A stretch of 64,000 nucleotides of DNA. It comes from Euglena gracilis (taxonomy: Eukaryota). The notes under the pieces were generated by a model that made no database searches, had not been told where the DNA came from, and worked only from the letters and a program-made list of their open reading frames with translations. The stretch is from contig CP154954.1 of assembly GCA_039621445.1 (NCBI GenBank), forward strand, positions 48,463,847 to 48,527,846, in the 5' to 3' direction. The translations under genes were made by a program, and so were the position numbers. This document shows positions 1 to 13,240 of the stretch, piece after piece. The first letter of the stretch is position 1. Each line of letters starts with the position of its first letter.

Positions 1-1670
1 GATTTAAAGCTACCCCCTGTAATGGGGGGGGAGGTACACAATGGGGGGGGGTACCCATGTCCCATTCCCAGACCCGACCGAACAGCCCAAAAGGGGTCAT
101 TTTTGGCAACTTTTTGGATGTTTGCAATAAATGGTCAATTTTCAGCACATTTGCCAAATATCACTTTTTGAAAACTTCCCAAAAACGTCGATTTTTGAGC
201 ATTTTTTTTGGGAAATTCTTTAGAAAAAGCGTTGTGATATTGAGCTACCATCCCCCCCCCCATTATGTACCTCCCCCCCAGGGGGTACATAATGGGGGGG
301 TACATAATGGGGGGGGATGGTATGTACCCCCCCATTATGTACCCCCTGGGGGGGGGAGGTATATAATGGGGGGGCATGCACCTGGCCCCAAGAGGAATGC
401 ACCTCGCCCGGCCATCCGCAGGCACGTCCCCCCGTTGTTTTCCTCGCCCCCCCCCCATTGTGTACCTCCCCCCAATTTCGGCCTCCCGGGGGAGGTACAT
501 AATGGGGGGGGGGGTGGATGGTAGTCACCTTTGGGCCCCAAGCAAAAACAATTTTTTCGAAGGGAAATATTTTTCTTTGAAAAAGGGCCGATTTGGGCCG
601 TCAGAATTTTTTGCTGGTTGCTATCCATGAAAAGTGCCCTGGAATGCCCAAAAACAACCTTGAAACCCCCAAGACTTGGGGCAGGGGGCAAAAGTTGGGC
701 ATAAATTGCCCCCCCCCCAAGTACCCCCCTGTTAGTCACCCTTGGCCAAATTCACCTCCCAAGGGGGTGACTAACTGGGGGGGGGGGCACGGTAAGTTAA
801 ATGGTCATAAAAAACCTGATTTTTTCCGAAAAAAATTTTGACCTGATGGGAAAAAGGGTGTAGATCACAAATTTCACACAAAAATTCCCCCCCAAAATGG
901 TGGGGGTGCTATTGAAATTTTGTTTTCCGACCCCCCCCCCAAGTGACCCCCCAAGTGGCCCTCTGGGGCAGGGGTGTAGAAGTAATATTTTCTCGGGGGG
1001 CGAGATCCTTGACAAATGCCTAATGTAACCATTGTTGTTTTTTTTTCGCCGCCCACAGGGCGGCAAGACGGCAGTGCTTTTTTGAAAGATGGCATTGAAT
1101 GTGACAAAAAATGTGGTAATTTCTGTCATGGCACAATCCACCACAATTTCGACTTTCAAGCCGCTCAACGGGCAGCAAGAGACGGTGATGCCTTTTGTGG
1201 GGGTGGTTTGGGGGGAACATCACATTTTTGGTGGCAACATGAGGAATCACCGAGCTGGAATTTTTGGGGGTAAATTCACAAAGTAGGAATCCCCACACCT
1301 GAAATTAGGATTTTGACACCAAATTATAATCACCAAGCCCAAATTTGAAAAATTTACGCCTCAAAATCAAGAATCTGCCTGAGAATTTTATCAAATTAGG
1401 AATCACCGGCCAGAATCTTTCCCCACAAATTTCGTCGAAAAGGGTCCTTGTTCGAGGCACGGGGGGGGGGGGGTCACGGGGGAACACCCCCTGTGTCTTG
1501 GGATTTCCCCAGATTTCAGCCTGAAAACGTATACCTATATGCAACCCTGCGGGGGGGGGGGGGTAAAAAAACCTCCCCAAATTGCCGTTTTGGGCCACAA
1601 AAGCGCGATGACATGGGCTGGCGTGTTGGCGGCCAAAACGGCGAATGGGGGACGACAGAGGGCCTCTATG

Positions 1671-3556
1671 CAGGGCGGGATTGAGGTTGAGGATTTCAAA
1701 AAAAGTTCAACCTCAATGTCAACGACCTCATCCTCAACCTCAACCTCAATGTTACCTCAAACTCAAAAAAAATGAATTCCCAAAAAGCATGGATTGGACC
1801 ATCTCCTCTTCTAAAACCTTCCTCAAAGGCAATTTTGACAGCTTTTATGACAATTTACAACATATGTGGGTGGAAACAAGAAAAAATAGTGGGGTGCCGA
1901 TTAAAAACTTGAAATAAGTGACCAATTGCTATACATACTTTTTGGGGGGGTGGACTGCACGCAATCTGAACAGTGGGGGTGCCCCAGCCCAAAGACTATT
2001 TTTTTAGAAAAAAATTGGACCCTCCCAACCTAACCCACCAACCCTCAATTCAACGATAGTCAGTCGAGCCGGGGGGGCGGGGGCTGCAATCAGCGTAGGC
2101 CCAGTTTTGGGCCACACGTGGTGGCCAGTTTTGTGTCACAGCTGGTGGCCAGCTTTTGGCCATAGCTGCAGGGCTGACGTTTTTTTTTTGTTTTAAAACA
2201 AAGCAAAAAAACTTTCATGCGTAAAAAACGGTTTAAAAACGGTTTTTTGTTTCAAAAAAGAGTGTTTTTTTTTAAATAAAATGCTGCAAATAGGAAAAAA
2301 ACTTGTTTAAAAACACTTGTTTTAAAACAATGCCTCAGCCCTGCATAGCTGGTGGCCAGTTGTGTGCCGAGTTGTCTGCAGAGTCCACAAAATGCAAGTG
2401 TCTTCCGCTGAGCACCAATAATTCTGATGAATTAGGAATACCCAGATTCGCGTTCCGCGATTTTTGAAATTTTCGAAAATTTCGAATTTTTCGAATTTCT
2501 CAATTGAAATGAAAAATTCCCAAAATTTCGAAATTTGCCGAACCTTGCTGTCTCTTTTTCCATATTTTGCACTCTTTTTGAAATCCCTCTGTTTGAAACC
2601 GTGTTTGGGCCGATTTCGAGACTTTAAAAGTCTTAAATCTTCGCCCAAAACACGGTTTCAAACAAGAACAGTGTTTTGGGCCAAGGTTTTAGGGGGGCCC
2701 AGGGGCGACCGCGGCGCCTTCGGCGCCGCGGTCCCTGCCCCTAGGCTCCCCCTAACTCTTGGCCCAAACACAGTTCTTGACACAAAAAACGTGTTCAGCC
2801 CGCCAAATGCCTGCCCTGAAATTCGTGGTCATGAACACGTTTTCAATGAGGGCATCTGTGGCAATGACACGTTTTCGATTAAGGCTGAGTCTGCCTGAGA
2901 TTCGGCCTGAGTCTGCGTTTTGAAACGCAGACTCAGGTCAGAGTCTGCGTTTAAGACGCAGTTCTTGATATAAAGGCATCTGTGTTCAGGCACGTTTTCA
3001 ATTAGGGCATCTGTGGCAACCCTGAGTAAAAAGCAAAAAACGCTGTCATGAAAAATCAGCGGGAGGTTGCGAGGCCGGGTGGTCCTCAATGAGTGAGCCA
3101 AGATTTGCGGCGGCCACCAAAGTATGGCTCGTTTTTGTGTAAAGCGTGTCGTGTTTTGTGATGCCCGCCACTCCGTGTTGTTGTGCTCCAAGGCAACCTA
3201 GCCTTCTGTCGTGTTGTAGAGTGCCCCCGACGAAAATGGTGTTCAGGGGGCCCCCTTCGGGGGCCCCCATGGCACAACCAGGTCTGTAAATGTTTTGGGT
3301 GTTTTTAAACGCTATAAAAGACGAGGCCACCATCCGTGGCACAAATCTGGCCACCAAATGTGGCACAAAACTGGCCACCAGCTGTGGGAATTTGCCTCTC
3401 TTTGTAACACTCTTTTTCAATTCTCTTTGTTGTTGAGTTGTATTCCTTTGGATTTTCGCATTGAGGTGACATTGAGGAAATATGGAGGTTGGAAAACCTC
3501 AACCTCAACCTCAACCTCAACCTCAACCTCAATACCTCAGCCTCAATACAACCTTG
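1671..3556. mobile_element. Degenerate TIR element with (TTGAGG)/(CCTCAA) subterminal repeats, containing nested repeats
   Basis: Left end CAGGGCGGGATTGAGGTTGAGG; right end (CCTCAA)n...CCTCAATACAACCTTG is an imperfect reverse complement; flanks ctctatg/ctctctg. A similar left end starts at ~8998. Confidence 0.4.
2590..2785. repeat. Dispersed repeat with internal hairpin (ttgaaaccgtgttt...aaacacggtttcaa)
   Basis: Near-identical second copy at ~8672-8865. Confidence 0.8.
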
Positions 3557-4794
3557 CTCTCTGGGTGCATTTTGTCTGACCCACAATTCTAGAATTATGG
3601 ATCCTTTGTTCAAAACTGACCGCCTTTGTCCTAAGGCGGGTGGGGGGGGTGGCCGCCTTCGTCCTTCGCTTTGCTCCGGACTCCGGACAAACCATACTTC
3701 GAATCCTGCTAAGTTCAAAAACTGCCAAAATGGTCAAAAAACATCCAAAAGAGCAAAAAAAATGCAATATGACCTTTTTTCACTTTTTTTTGTGGAAGGA
3801 ATTTTTGGCAGAAATGACCCAGAAGTTGCCAAAAATGGTTGAAAATATGAATGGATTCAAAAAATTTTCCGGGCAAAACCTTGTTGGCGTTTTTTTTGTT
3901 TTCTTTTAAAAAGAATTGTCAAAATTAAAAAAAAGCAAAAAACAGCCTCCAAAAAAAACAGGCTGCCAACCATGGGGGGTCGGCACGCCGTGGCGAGCCG
4001 TACGGCTAGGCGAGGGGGTGGAGGGGTGCGCGGGGGTTTTCCAAGAAAATTTTCTTTGGCGCGGCTGACATGGCGGTGCGAGGGGGTCTGAAAAGGGGGG
4101 GAGGGGGCGCCCCCTCCCCCCCCTTTTCAGACCCCCTCGCCACACCATTTTACCCCCCCGGGGGGGGGGGGTAAAATGGCGTGGCGAGGGGGTCGGTGAG
4201 GGGGGGGGGGGGGTGTGCCGACCCCCCTATGTGAGGAGAGCCATTTGGCAACTTTGGGGGGGGGGCACTTTGAGGGGGTGAGGGGAAATTGGACACATGC
4301 ACCGCAAGTTTTCTCACTATGGGTTTATCAATATTGGATCTGAATGAGATACACGCATGTTAATGACACCCCCCCATGGCGGAGGCCAAGTCCCCGGGGA
4401 GGGGTGGCTGGGAGCCCCCCCTGTTCACTCCTTCTTGGAGGGGGGGTCTTCAGATACAAAAATATGAAGGGGTCCTCTGATGCAGCAGCACGTGGAACCT
4501 GAAAGTTGAATGATTCCTTTGTTGCCTTCACGTGATGTCATTTGCTGGGTTTCGCTGTAAATATCATCCCTTTCAGCTTTCATCTTGGTTAATGGGGACT
4601 CTGAACCAATGGATTTACTGGTTGTCGGCCTGAACGAGGCAGGGGGTCGGTTTTCACAAATCACGTGGGTAGTTATGACAAAAAAAATTCAAAAAGGATG
4701 AAATTCAGAAACGTGCAAATTTCACGGTTTTTGTGTAACGTTTCAGCTTTTCGTGAAATTTCCAAAAATTTGGAGGATTTAAAAAAGTTATGCT

Positions 4795-5358
4795 TTGCCT
4801 GTGTGCGAAATGGCACACTTTCCTAATCCTTACTTGGGGCCACTGGCGGTTGACCTCGTGGTGTTCCACCCCCTCCGGAAGGATATGTCTTGGGACGAGA
4901 CCATTGCATTGAAGAACATGGCAGCAGTGGAACACAGAAAGATTACGAAAAACCAACCAGTATGTGAAGCCGCAGGATGGTTATTCAGCCCTCTGTCCTT
5001 CCATCCGTGGTCGGGCCTGGGCCCATTGGGGTCTGGGCTCCTTGGCCGCCTGGTGAAGCAAGCCCTCGGTGACAAACAAGGATGGGCAAGGCAGCACCTG
5101 GCCGCGGACATTTGGCAACGTATATCCGCAACCTTGATGGCCTTTGTGGCCGAACAGCTTTCTGCCACCGAAACAACCAGAGGGCATGATGAGTTACCTC
5201 CAACGGCCACGCCGCAAGAGACGCCGTCGAGAACCAGGAGCATACAAGGAGCCACCGCAGTGGCGGCGGTGGACATGGAAGGATGGCAGAGAGTGCGTCA
5301 GGCCGAGGATGGGACCCTTGTCGGCCCCATTCGCATCCAGTGCACCCGCCCGAGGTGA
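4795..5358 (+). mobile_element. 5'-truncated non-LTR retrotransposon fragment (CRE/SLACS-like), C-terminal restriction-like endonuclease domain
   Basis: Translation LAVDLVVFHP...AAVEHRKITKNQPVCEAAGWLFSPLSFHPWSGLG...IWQRISATLM fits the RLE C-terminus pattern of CRE-clade elements (AxDxxV..P, E..K..K...C...G..F.PL, WQR.S..L). No RT domain upstream. Confidence 0.65.
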
Positions 5359-5580
5359 GAACCCTCGGAAGAGGACATGGTAGCACCATCTCCAACGCAA
5401 AAAAGAATAGAAAAGGGCCCACACCCCTCTGGGTAAGGCCAGCGAGAATCGAAGTGAAACCGCCAAGTGACAGGCGGGTGCAACGGCTCGCGGTGACCCG
5501 TCCCGACGGCAAAGAACAGCACGCCGACACGGGCGACACGCTCGCACGGGCGACGCGCGGACACGACACGCGCGAGACAC

Positions 5581-5636
5581 GTGCGCGCCGTGCCGAGCCG
5601 TGCCGAGCCGTGCCGAGCCGTGCCGAGCCGTGCCGA
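5581..5636. repeat. Decamer tandem repeat (GTGCCGAGCC)n
   Basis: About five consecutive copies visible. Confidence 0.9.
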
Positions 5637-5928
5637 ATCCTTACTTTCTTCTGCACGGAGCCGTCTGTGAACGGTGACATCCATTCAGAAGGCTCTCCTT
5701 CTCACTCTCCCTATTAAAACTAAATGAGCCCCTCATTCAAGGCTGATAACCATGATCAGGAGAACAAAATTCCAAAGTGGCAGGATTGCACCGTCAGGCA
5801 TCCAAAAAACACACACATTAACCTTGGCACAACTCGCCAACACCAACACCCACAGCAGCTTGCCAAATCTCGTGAATCATCCTTAGCCAACCACGTGTCG
5901 AGCAAAGGCGACACACCGCGGACACGGT

Positions 5929-6731
<803 letters not shown>

Positions 6732-6749
6732 CATAGCTGGCACTTCGTT

Positions 6750-8265
6750 TTATATCAAGAAAGACCCCCCCTCCACCGGCTTTGTCCTGAGTCCGGGGGA
6801 GGGGGTCACCGGCTTTGTCCGAAGGACAAGTCGGTGACCCCCCCCGCCGGACTCAGGACAAAGCCGGTGACCCCCTAATGAGGAAAATTATGTTTTTGTT
6901 GTGTGTGCCCTGTTTCCCACAGCCAAGATGATGCCGGCACAGGCCGTTGTCGTTGCTGAGGCTGGCTTGGGACCCACGCCAACCCCAACTGCATTTTTGG
7001 CGAAATTGAAGGACTTCACGGAATCCACTCCAAAGGAGGAATCTGCGGACACAGTCCTTTTTGGGGACATTTTCTCACAATCTGTGCCTCAACCTGATGG
7101 TAGCGCCAAAAACCAGAAAGGAGGTTATGTAGCTCTTGTCAATTTCCAGAAAATTTGTGAGGTGAGAGGCTACAAAACCGATGACTTGGACGAGCACATG
7201 TGCGCTTTTGCGAAGCATGTCCTCTCGGTGTATGCCATGTTCGACACGGAAGCTTCGACACGGAGGCGGTCTTTGCTGCACCGCCGGCACCGGAGGGAGC
7301 TGCCACCTCGGTCGTCATGGATAACCCTTCCTAACCCCTTCCCGGTCATGAAGACATAAACCACTGAGGAGCGCATGCAAGGAAAGCCTTGTGCTCGGTG
7401 TTTTCTGCCTTTGGGCAAGCGAGGCGCCCAATGGATTGCGATTTGTGCCATGAATTTTGGCACCTTGACTGTGCTGGCCGTCCCATGCCCCCTCCCCGCA
7501 ACAGTTGGTGTTGTCCTCGGTGTGATGGCAGGGAGATGCCTCCCATGCCCGTTCGTGTTCTGAACGCGAAGTGCAAGCACTGAGGATTACACCAACTGTC
7601 TGCCTCCATTTTTTTGTCCTGGAACAATCCATTGGCATGACGTTTGCCTGCACCAGGTTTTTTCGGTGGCAGCTCCCATCCTCCCTGTGCTGTGACGGCT
7701 TCTTGCTCTCTTGACAACCATCCAAATGCTGTTTCAGTGTCCCAAATGTGGTTGCAACCATATTCATTTCGGCTGGGTTAAAATTTGGGGTGGTCCACCG
7801 GACTCAAGACAAAGCCGGTGGACCCCCTCCACCGGCTTTGTCACCCCTGAGTACATCGGGTCACCGTCTTTGGAGGCTAGGCACAGTGGGGGGAGGGGGG
7901 GTCCAGTGGGGGGGCGAGCGGCCGCGCGGGCGGCCGCGCGGGGGGGGGGGGGGGGGGGTCCGAGGGCGGCCGCGCGGGCGGAGCGCATCCTAAAATCGGT
8001 GATTTTCGGGTCCAAAACGTGGTCATTTTTTGCCATTTTTGGACCATTTTTGACCAAAAAAGTGCTTTTTTGGCCGCGCGCAGAGCGCGCGGCCCCCAAA
8101 TTTGCCATTTTGTGTCCGAAAATGGCAATTTTTGGTCATTTTTGGCCTCAAAAAATCGCGATTTTTTTCACCAAAAATTTTTTTCTTGGCTATGCTAGGC
8201 ACAGTGGGGGAAGGGGGGGGTTCCAGGGGGGGGGGGGGGGGCGAGGCCGCGCGGCGTCCGCGCAG

Positions 8266-8297
<32 letters not shown>

Positions 8298-8365
8298 TGG
8301 ACCCCCCCCGAGCGGCGCGCCTAGCCTCCTTTGTCCTGAGTCCGGCGGGGTGGGGTCAACGACTT
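6750..8365 (+). mobile_element. Nested insertion with GGCTTTGTCCTGAGTCCGG subterminal motifs and a frameshifted PHD-finger ORF
   Basis: The paralog at 9141-9172 (cacttcgtttaaacgaagtc) lacks it. The motif occurs in both orientations at 6775-6870, 7795-7850 and 8327-8345. Confidence 0.6.
7375..7583 (+). pseudogene. PHD-finger remnant (frameshifted)
   Basis: PCARCFLPLGKRGAQW in one frame, then DCDLCHEFWHLDC...WCCPRC in another; together they form a C4HC3 pattern. Confidence 0.6.
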
Positions 8366-9340
8366 AAAACGAAGTCAAAAAAGACACATTTTTTATGAAA
8401 AAAAAACATGATTTTTTAAAATAAAAAAAACGCCATTGAGGGTCCAGGGCAAAAAAAAATTGCCTTTGATTTTAGCTTTTTTTGCCCATCCTCGGTCAGA
8501 GAAAGACACCAAAAAGCATAGTTAAATTTTGTCTTTTGTTCCCGTGCTCTGTCAAAAAAAGGACCTAGTTTGGAATGGTTTGAGCCAAAATGGCAGAAAA
8601 ATGCCCTATTTTGACCATTCTTGTTGAAGACAGCCAAAAGTATTGGTTTTCAAGTCACCCCCCCCCCTTTATTTGAAACCGTGTTTGGGCCGATTTCGAG
8701 ACTTTAAAAGTCTTAAATCTTCGCCCAAAACACGGTTTCAAACAAGAACAGTGTTTTGGGCCAAGGTTTTAGGGGGGCCCAGGGGCGACCACGGCGCCTT
8801 CGGCGCCGCGGTCCCCGCCCCTGGGCTCCCCCTAACTCTTGGCCCAAACACAGTTCTTGACACAGTTTTTTTTTGCCGTTTTTTTTGCCCGTTTTTTTTT
8901 AATAAAAGACAAAAAAACTTTTTGTTAAAAAAACAAAAAAACGCCAGCTATGAGACGCACACAGACGCACACAGACGCACACGGACGCACACAGACCAGG
9001 GCTGGATGGAGGTAGAGGGATAGAGGTAGAGGTAGAGGTAGAGGTAGAGGTCACCTCTACCTCTACTATCCCTCTATGTCACCTCAATGTCAAACTTCTA
9101 AGGGAAGTGGTTTATCAAAGAAAATTTATGCCGAACGAAGCATAGCTTGCACTTCGTTTAAACGAAGTCAAAAATAAAGGTTTTTTTTTAAAAAAGCATG
9201 CTTTTTTTAAAAAAAACGCCATTGAGGGTCCGGGGCAAAAAAAAATTGCCTTTAATTTTAGCTTTTTTTGCAGAGAAAGACCCGAAAAAGCATAGTTAAA
9301 TTTTGCCTTTTGTTCCCGCGCTCTGCCAAAAAAGGACCTA

Positions 9341-9666
9341 CCGTGCCCCCCCCCCCCCCCTAGTTAGTCACCCCCTTGGGAGGGGAATCTGGCCAAGGGT
9401 GACTAATAGGGGGGGGTGACTAACTCGGGGGTGGGGGGGGGTCAATTTAGACCCAAATTTTTCCCCCCTGCCCCAATTCTTGGGGGTTTCAAGGTTGTTT
9501 TTGGGCCTTCCAGGGCACTTTTCATGGATGGCAACCATCAAAAAAAAATCCGATGGCCAAATTTGGTGTTTTTTTAAAGAAAAACATTTCCCTTCGAAAA
9601 AATTTTTTTGCCTGGGGCCCAAGGGTGACTAATAGGGGGGGGTGACTAACTAGGGGGGGGGCATGG
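9341..9666. mobile_element. Tc1/mariner-pogo-type MITE with TA TSD
   Basis: TA|CCGTGCCCC...GGGGCATGG|TA. Empty paralogous site ggaccTAgtttggaatgg at 8561-8578. Inverted partial copy at ~523-793. Confidence 0.85.
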
Positions 9667-9814
9667 TAGTTTGGAATGGTTTCGAGCCAAAATGGCAGAA
9701 AAATGCCCTATTTTGACCATTCTTGTTGGAGACAACCAAAAGCATTGGTTTTCAAGTCATTTGAGCTAAGATTGGTTCACCCTTGCGGCTCCCGGATTTG
9801 GCTTGGGGGGGGGT

Positions 9815-10200
9815 AGTGGGGGTCGACCGTGGTCAACCCACGGTCGCCTCGGTCGCCCTCGGTCGCTCTCGGTCGGGGGGGGGGGGTACTGGGGGGGGGG
9901 TCGACCGAGGCGACCCTGGGGGTCGACCGAGGGCGACCATGGTCGACACCCACCCCACGACGGGAAACCCCCCCTGGTCGGGGGGCGACCATGGTCGACC
10001 CCCACCACACGACGGGAAACCCCCCCTGGTCGTGGGGAGACCGTGGACGACCCACACCACACGACGGGAAACCCCCCCTGGTCGGGGGGACAACCATGGT
10101 CGACCCCCACCGCACGACGGGAAACACCCCCTGGGGGGGGGGGGGCGACCATGGTCGACCCTCACCCCACGACGGGAAAACCCCCCCTGGGGCAGTGGGG
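9815..10200. repeat. GC-rich minisatellite built on palindromes GGTCGACC/CCATGG
   Basis: About 53-60 bp units; an inverted copy of the same motifs lies at 13620-13740 on the other side of the satellite. Confidence 0.8.
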
Positions 10201-10209
10201 GGGACCTCG

Positions 10210-13200
10210 AAATCCCCTGTTTTGCCGAACTGTTTTGGCAGCGAATTCCTTCTGCTGCTCAACTGTCCCAGGGCCCCAAAATAACAAAATCCCCTGTGTT
10301 GCCGAACCGCTTTGGAAGCGAATCCCTTTTGCTGCTCAACTGTCCCAGGGCCCCAAAATAACAAAATCCCCTGTGTTGCCGAACCGTTTTGGAAGCGAAT
10401 CCCTTTTGCTGCTCAACTGTCCCAGGGCCCCAAAATAACAAAATCCCCTGTGTTGCCGAACCGTTTTGGAAGTGAATCCCTTTTGCTGCTCAACTGTCCC
10501 AGGGCCCCAAAATAACAAAATCCCCTGTGTTGCCGAACCGTTTTGGAAGCGAATCCCTTTTGCTGCTCAACTGTCCCAGGGCCCCAAAATCACAAAATCC
10601 CCTGTGTTGCCGAACCATTTTGGAAGCGAATCCCTTTTGCTGCTCAACTGTCCCGGGGCCCCAAAATAACAAAATCCCCTGTGTCGCCGAACCGTTTTGG
10701 AAGCGAATCCCTTTTGCTGCTCAACTGTCCCAGGGCCCCAAAATAACAAAATCCCCTGTGTCGCCGAACCGTTTTGGAAGCGAATCCCGTTTGCAGCTCA
10801 ACTGTCCCACGGCCCCAAAGTAACAAAACCCCCTGTGTTGCCGAACCTTTTTGGAAGCGAAACCCTTTTGATGCTCAACTGTCCCAGGGCCCCAAAATAA
10901 CAAAACCCCCTGTGTTGCCGAACCGTTTTGGAAGCGAATTCCTTTTGCTGCTCAACTGTCCCAAGGCCCCAAAATAACAAAATCCCCTGTGTTGCCGAAC
11001 CGTTTTGGAAGTGAATCCCTTTTGCTGCTCAACTGTCCCAGGGCCCCAAAATAACAAAATCCCCTGTGTTGCCGAACCATTTTGGAAGCGAATCCCTTTT
11101 GCTGCTCAACTGTCCCAGGGCCCCAAAATAACAAAACCCCATGTGTTGCCGAACCGTTTTGGAAGCGAATTCCTTTTGCTGCTCAACTGTTCCAGGGCCC
11201 CAAAATAACAAAATCCCCTGTGTCGCCAAACCGTTTTGGAACCGAATCCCTTTTGCTGCTCAACTGTCCCAAGGCCCCAAAGTAACAAAATCCCATGTGT
11301 TGCCGAACCGTTTTGGAAGCGAATCCCTTTTGCTGCTCAACTGTCCCAGGGCCACAAAATAACAAAATCTCATGTGTTGCCGAACCGTTTTGGAAGCGTT
11401 GGAAGTGAATTCCTTTTGATGCTCAACTGTCCCAGGGCCCCAAAATAACAAAATCCCCTGTGTCGCCAAACCGTTTTGGAAGCGAATCCCTTTTGCTGCT
11501 CAACTGTCCCAAGGCCCCAAAATAACAAAATCTCCTGTGTTGCCGAACCGCTTTGGAAGCGAATTCCTTTTGCTGCTCAACTGTTCCAGGGCCCCAAAAT
11601 AACAAAATCCCCTGTGTCGCCAAACCGTTTTGGAAGCGAAACCCTTTTGCTGCTCAACTGTCCCAGGGCCCCAAAGTAACAAAATCCCATGTGTTGCCGA
11701 ACCGTTTTGGAAGCGAATCCCTTTTGCTGCTCAACTGTCCCAGGGCCCCAAAATAACAAAATCTCATGTGTTGCCGAACCGTTTTTGGAAGCGAATTCCT
11801 TTTGCTGCTCAACTGTCCCAGGGCCCCAAAATAACAAAATCCCCTGTGTCGCCGAACCGTTTTGGAAGCGAATCCCTTTTGCTGCTCAACTGTCCCAAGG
11901 CCCAAAATAACAAAATCCCCTGTGTTGCCGAACCGTTTTGGAAGCGAATTCCTTTTGCTGCTCAACTGTTCCAGGGCCCCAAAATAACAAAATCCCTTGT
12001 GTCGCCGAACCGTTTTGGAAGCGAATCCCGTTTGCAGCTCAACTGTCCCACGGCCCCAAAGTAACAAAACCCCCTGTGTTGCCGAACCTTTTCGGAAGCG
12101 AAACCCTTTTGATGCTCAACTGTCCCAGGGCCCCAAAATAACAAAACCCCCTGTGTTGCCGAACCGTTTTGGAAGCGAATTCCTTTTGCTGCTCAACTGT
12201 CTCAAGGCCCCAAAATAACAAAATCCCCTGTGTTGCCGAACCGTTTTGGAAGTGAATCCCTTTTGCTGCTCAACTGTCCCAGGGCCCCAAAATAACAAAA
12301 TCCCCTGTGTTGCCGAACCGCTTTGGAAGCGAATCCCTTTTGCTGCTCAACTGTCCCAGGGCCCCAAAATAACAAAACCCCATGTGTTGCCGAACCGTTT
12401 TGGAAGCGAATTCCTTTTGCTGCTCAACTGTTCCAGGGCCCCAAAATAACAAAATCTCATGTGTTGCCGAACCGTTTTGGAAGCGTTGGAAGTGAATTCC
12501 TTTTGTTGCTCAACTGTCCCAGGGCCCCAAAATAACAAAATCCCCTGTGTCGCCAAACCGTTTTGGAAGCGAATCCCTTTTGCTGCTCAACTGTCCCAAG
12601 GCCCCAAAATAACAAAATCTCCTGTGTTGCCGAACCGCTTTGGAAGCGAATTCCTTTTGCTGCTCAACTGTTCCAGGGCCCCAAAATAACAAAATCCCCT
12701 GTGTCGCCAAACCGTTTTGGAAGCGAAACCCTTTTGCTGCTCAACTGTCCCAAGGCCCCAAAATAACAAAATCCCCTGTGTTGCCGAACCGCTTTGGAAG
12801 CGAATCCCTTTTGATGCTCAACTGTCCCAGGGCCCCAAAATAACAAAACCCCCTGTGTTGCCGAACCATTTTGGAAGCGAATCCCTTTTGCTGCTCAACT
12901 GTTCCAGGGCCCCAAAATAACAAAATCCCCTGTGTTGCCGAACCGTTTTGGAAGTGAATCCCTTTTGCTGCTCAGCTGTCCCAGGGCCCCAAAATAACAA
13001 AATCCCCTGTGTTGCCGAACCGTTTTGAAAGTGAATCCCTTTTGCTGCTCAACTGTCCCAGGGCCCCAAAATAACAAAACCCCATGTGTTGCCGAACCGT
13101 TTTGGAAGCGAATTCCTTTTGCTGCTCAACTGTCCCAGGGCCCCAAAATAACAAAATCCCCTGTGTTGCCGAACCATTTTGGAAGCGAATTCCTTTTGCT

Positions 13201-13240
13201 GCTCAACTGTCCCAGGGCCCGAAAATAACAAAACCCCCTA
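10210..13240. repeat. 77-bp tandem satellite (~39 copies)
   Basis: Unit aaatcccctgtgttgccgaaccgttttggaagcgaatcccttttgctgctcaactgtcccagggccccaaaataaca; ORF track shows 77-bp periodicity. Diverged copies at 14200-14320 (inverted) and 14420-14712. Confidence 0.97.

Larger units (their letters stand above)
6732..8952. mobile_element. hAT-type non-autonomous element inserted in a microsatellite, carrying a nested element
   Basis: TIR CATAGCTGGC...GCCAGCTATG; 8-bp flanks agacacac (6724-6731) / agacgcac (8953-8960). Confidence 0.7.

Noticed and set aside
10210-13240. CRISPR-like array or repeated small ORFs
   Set aside because: Whole 77-bp units repeat with no unique spacers and no cas genes; it is a satellite.
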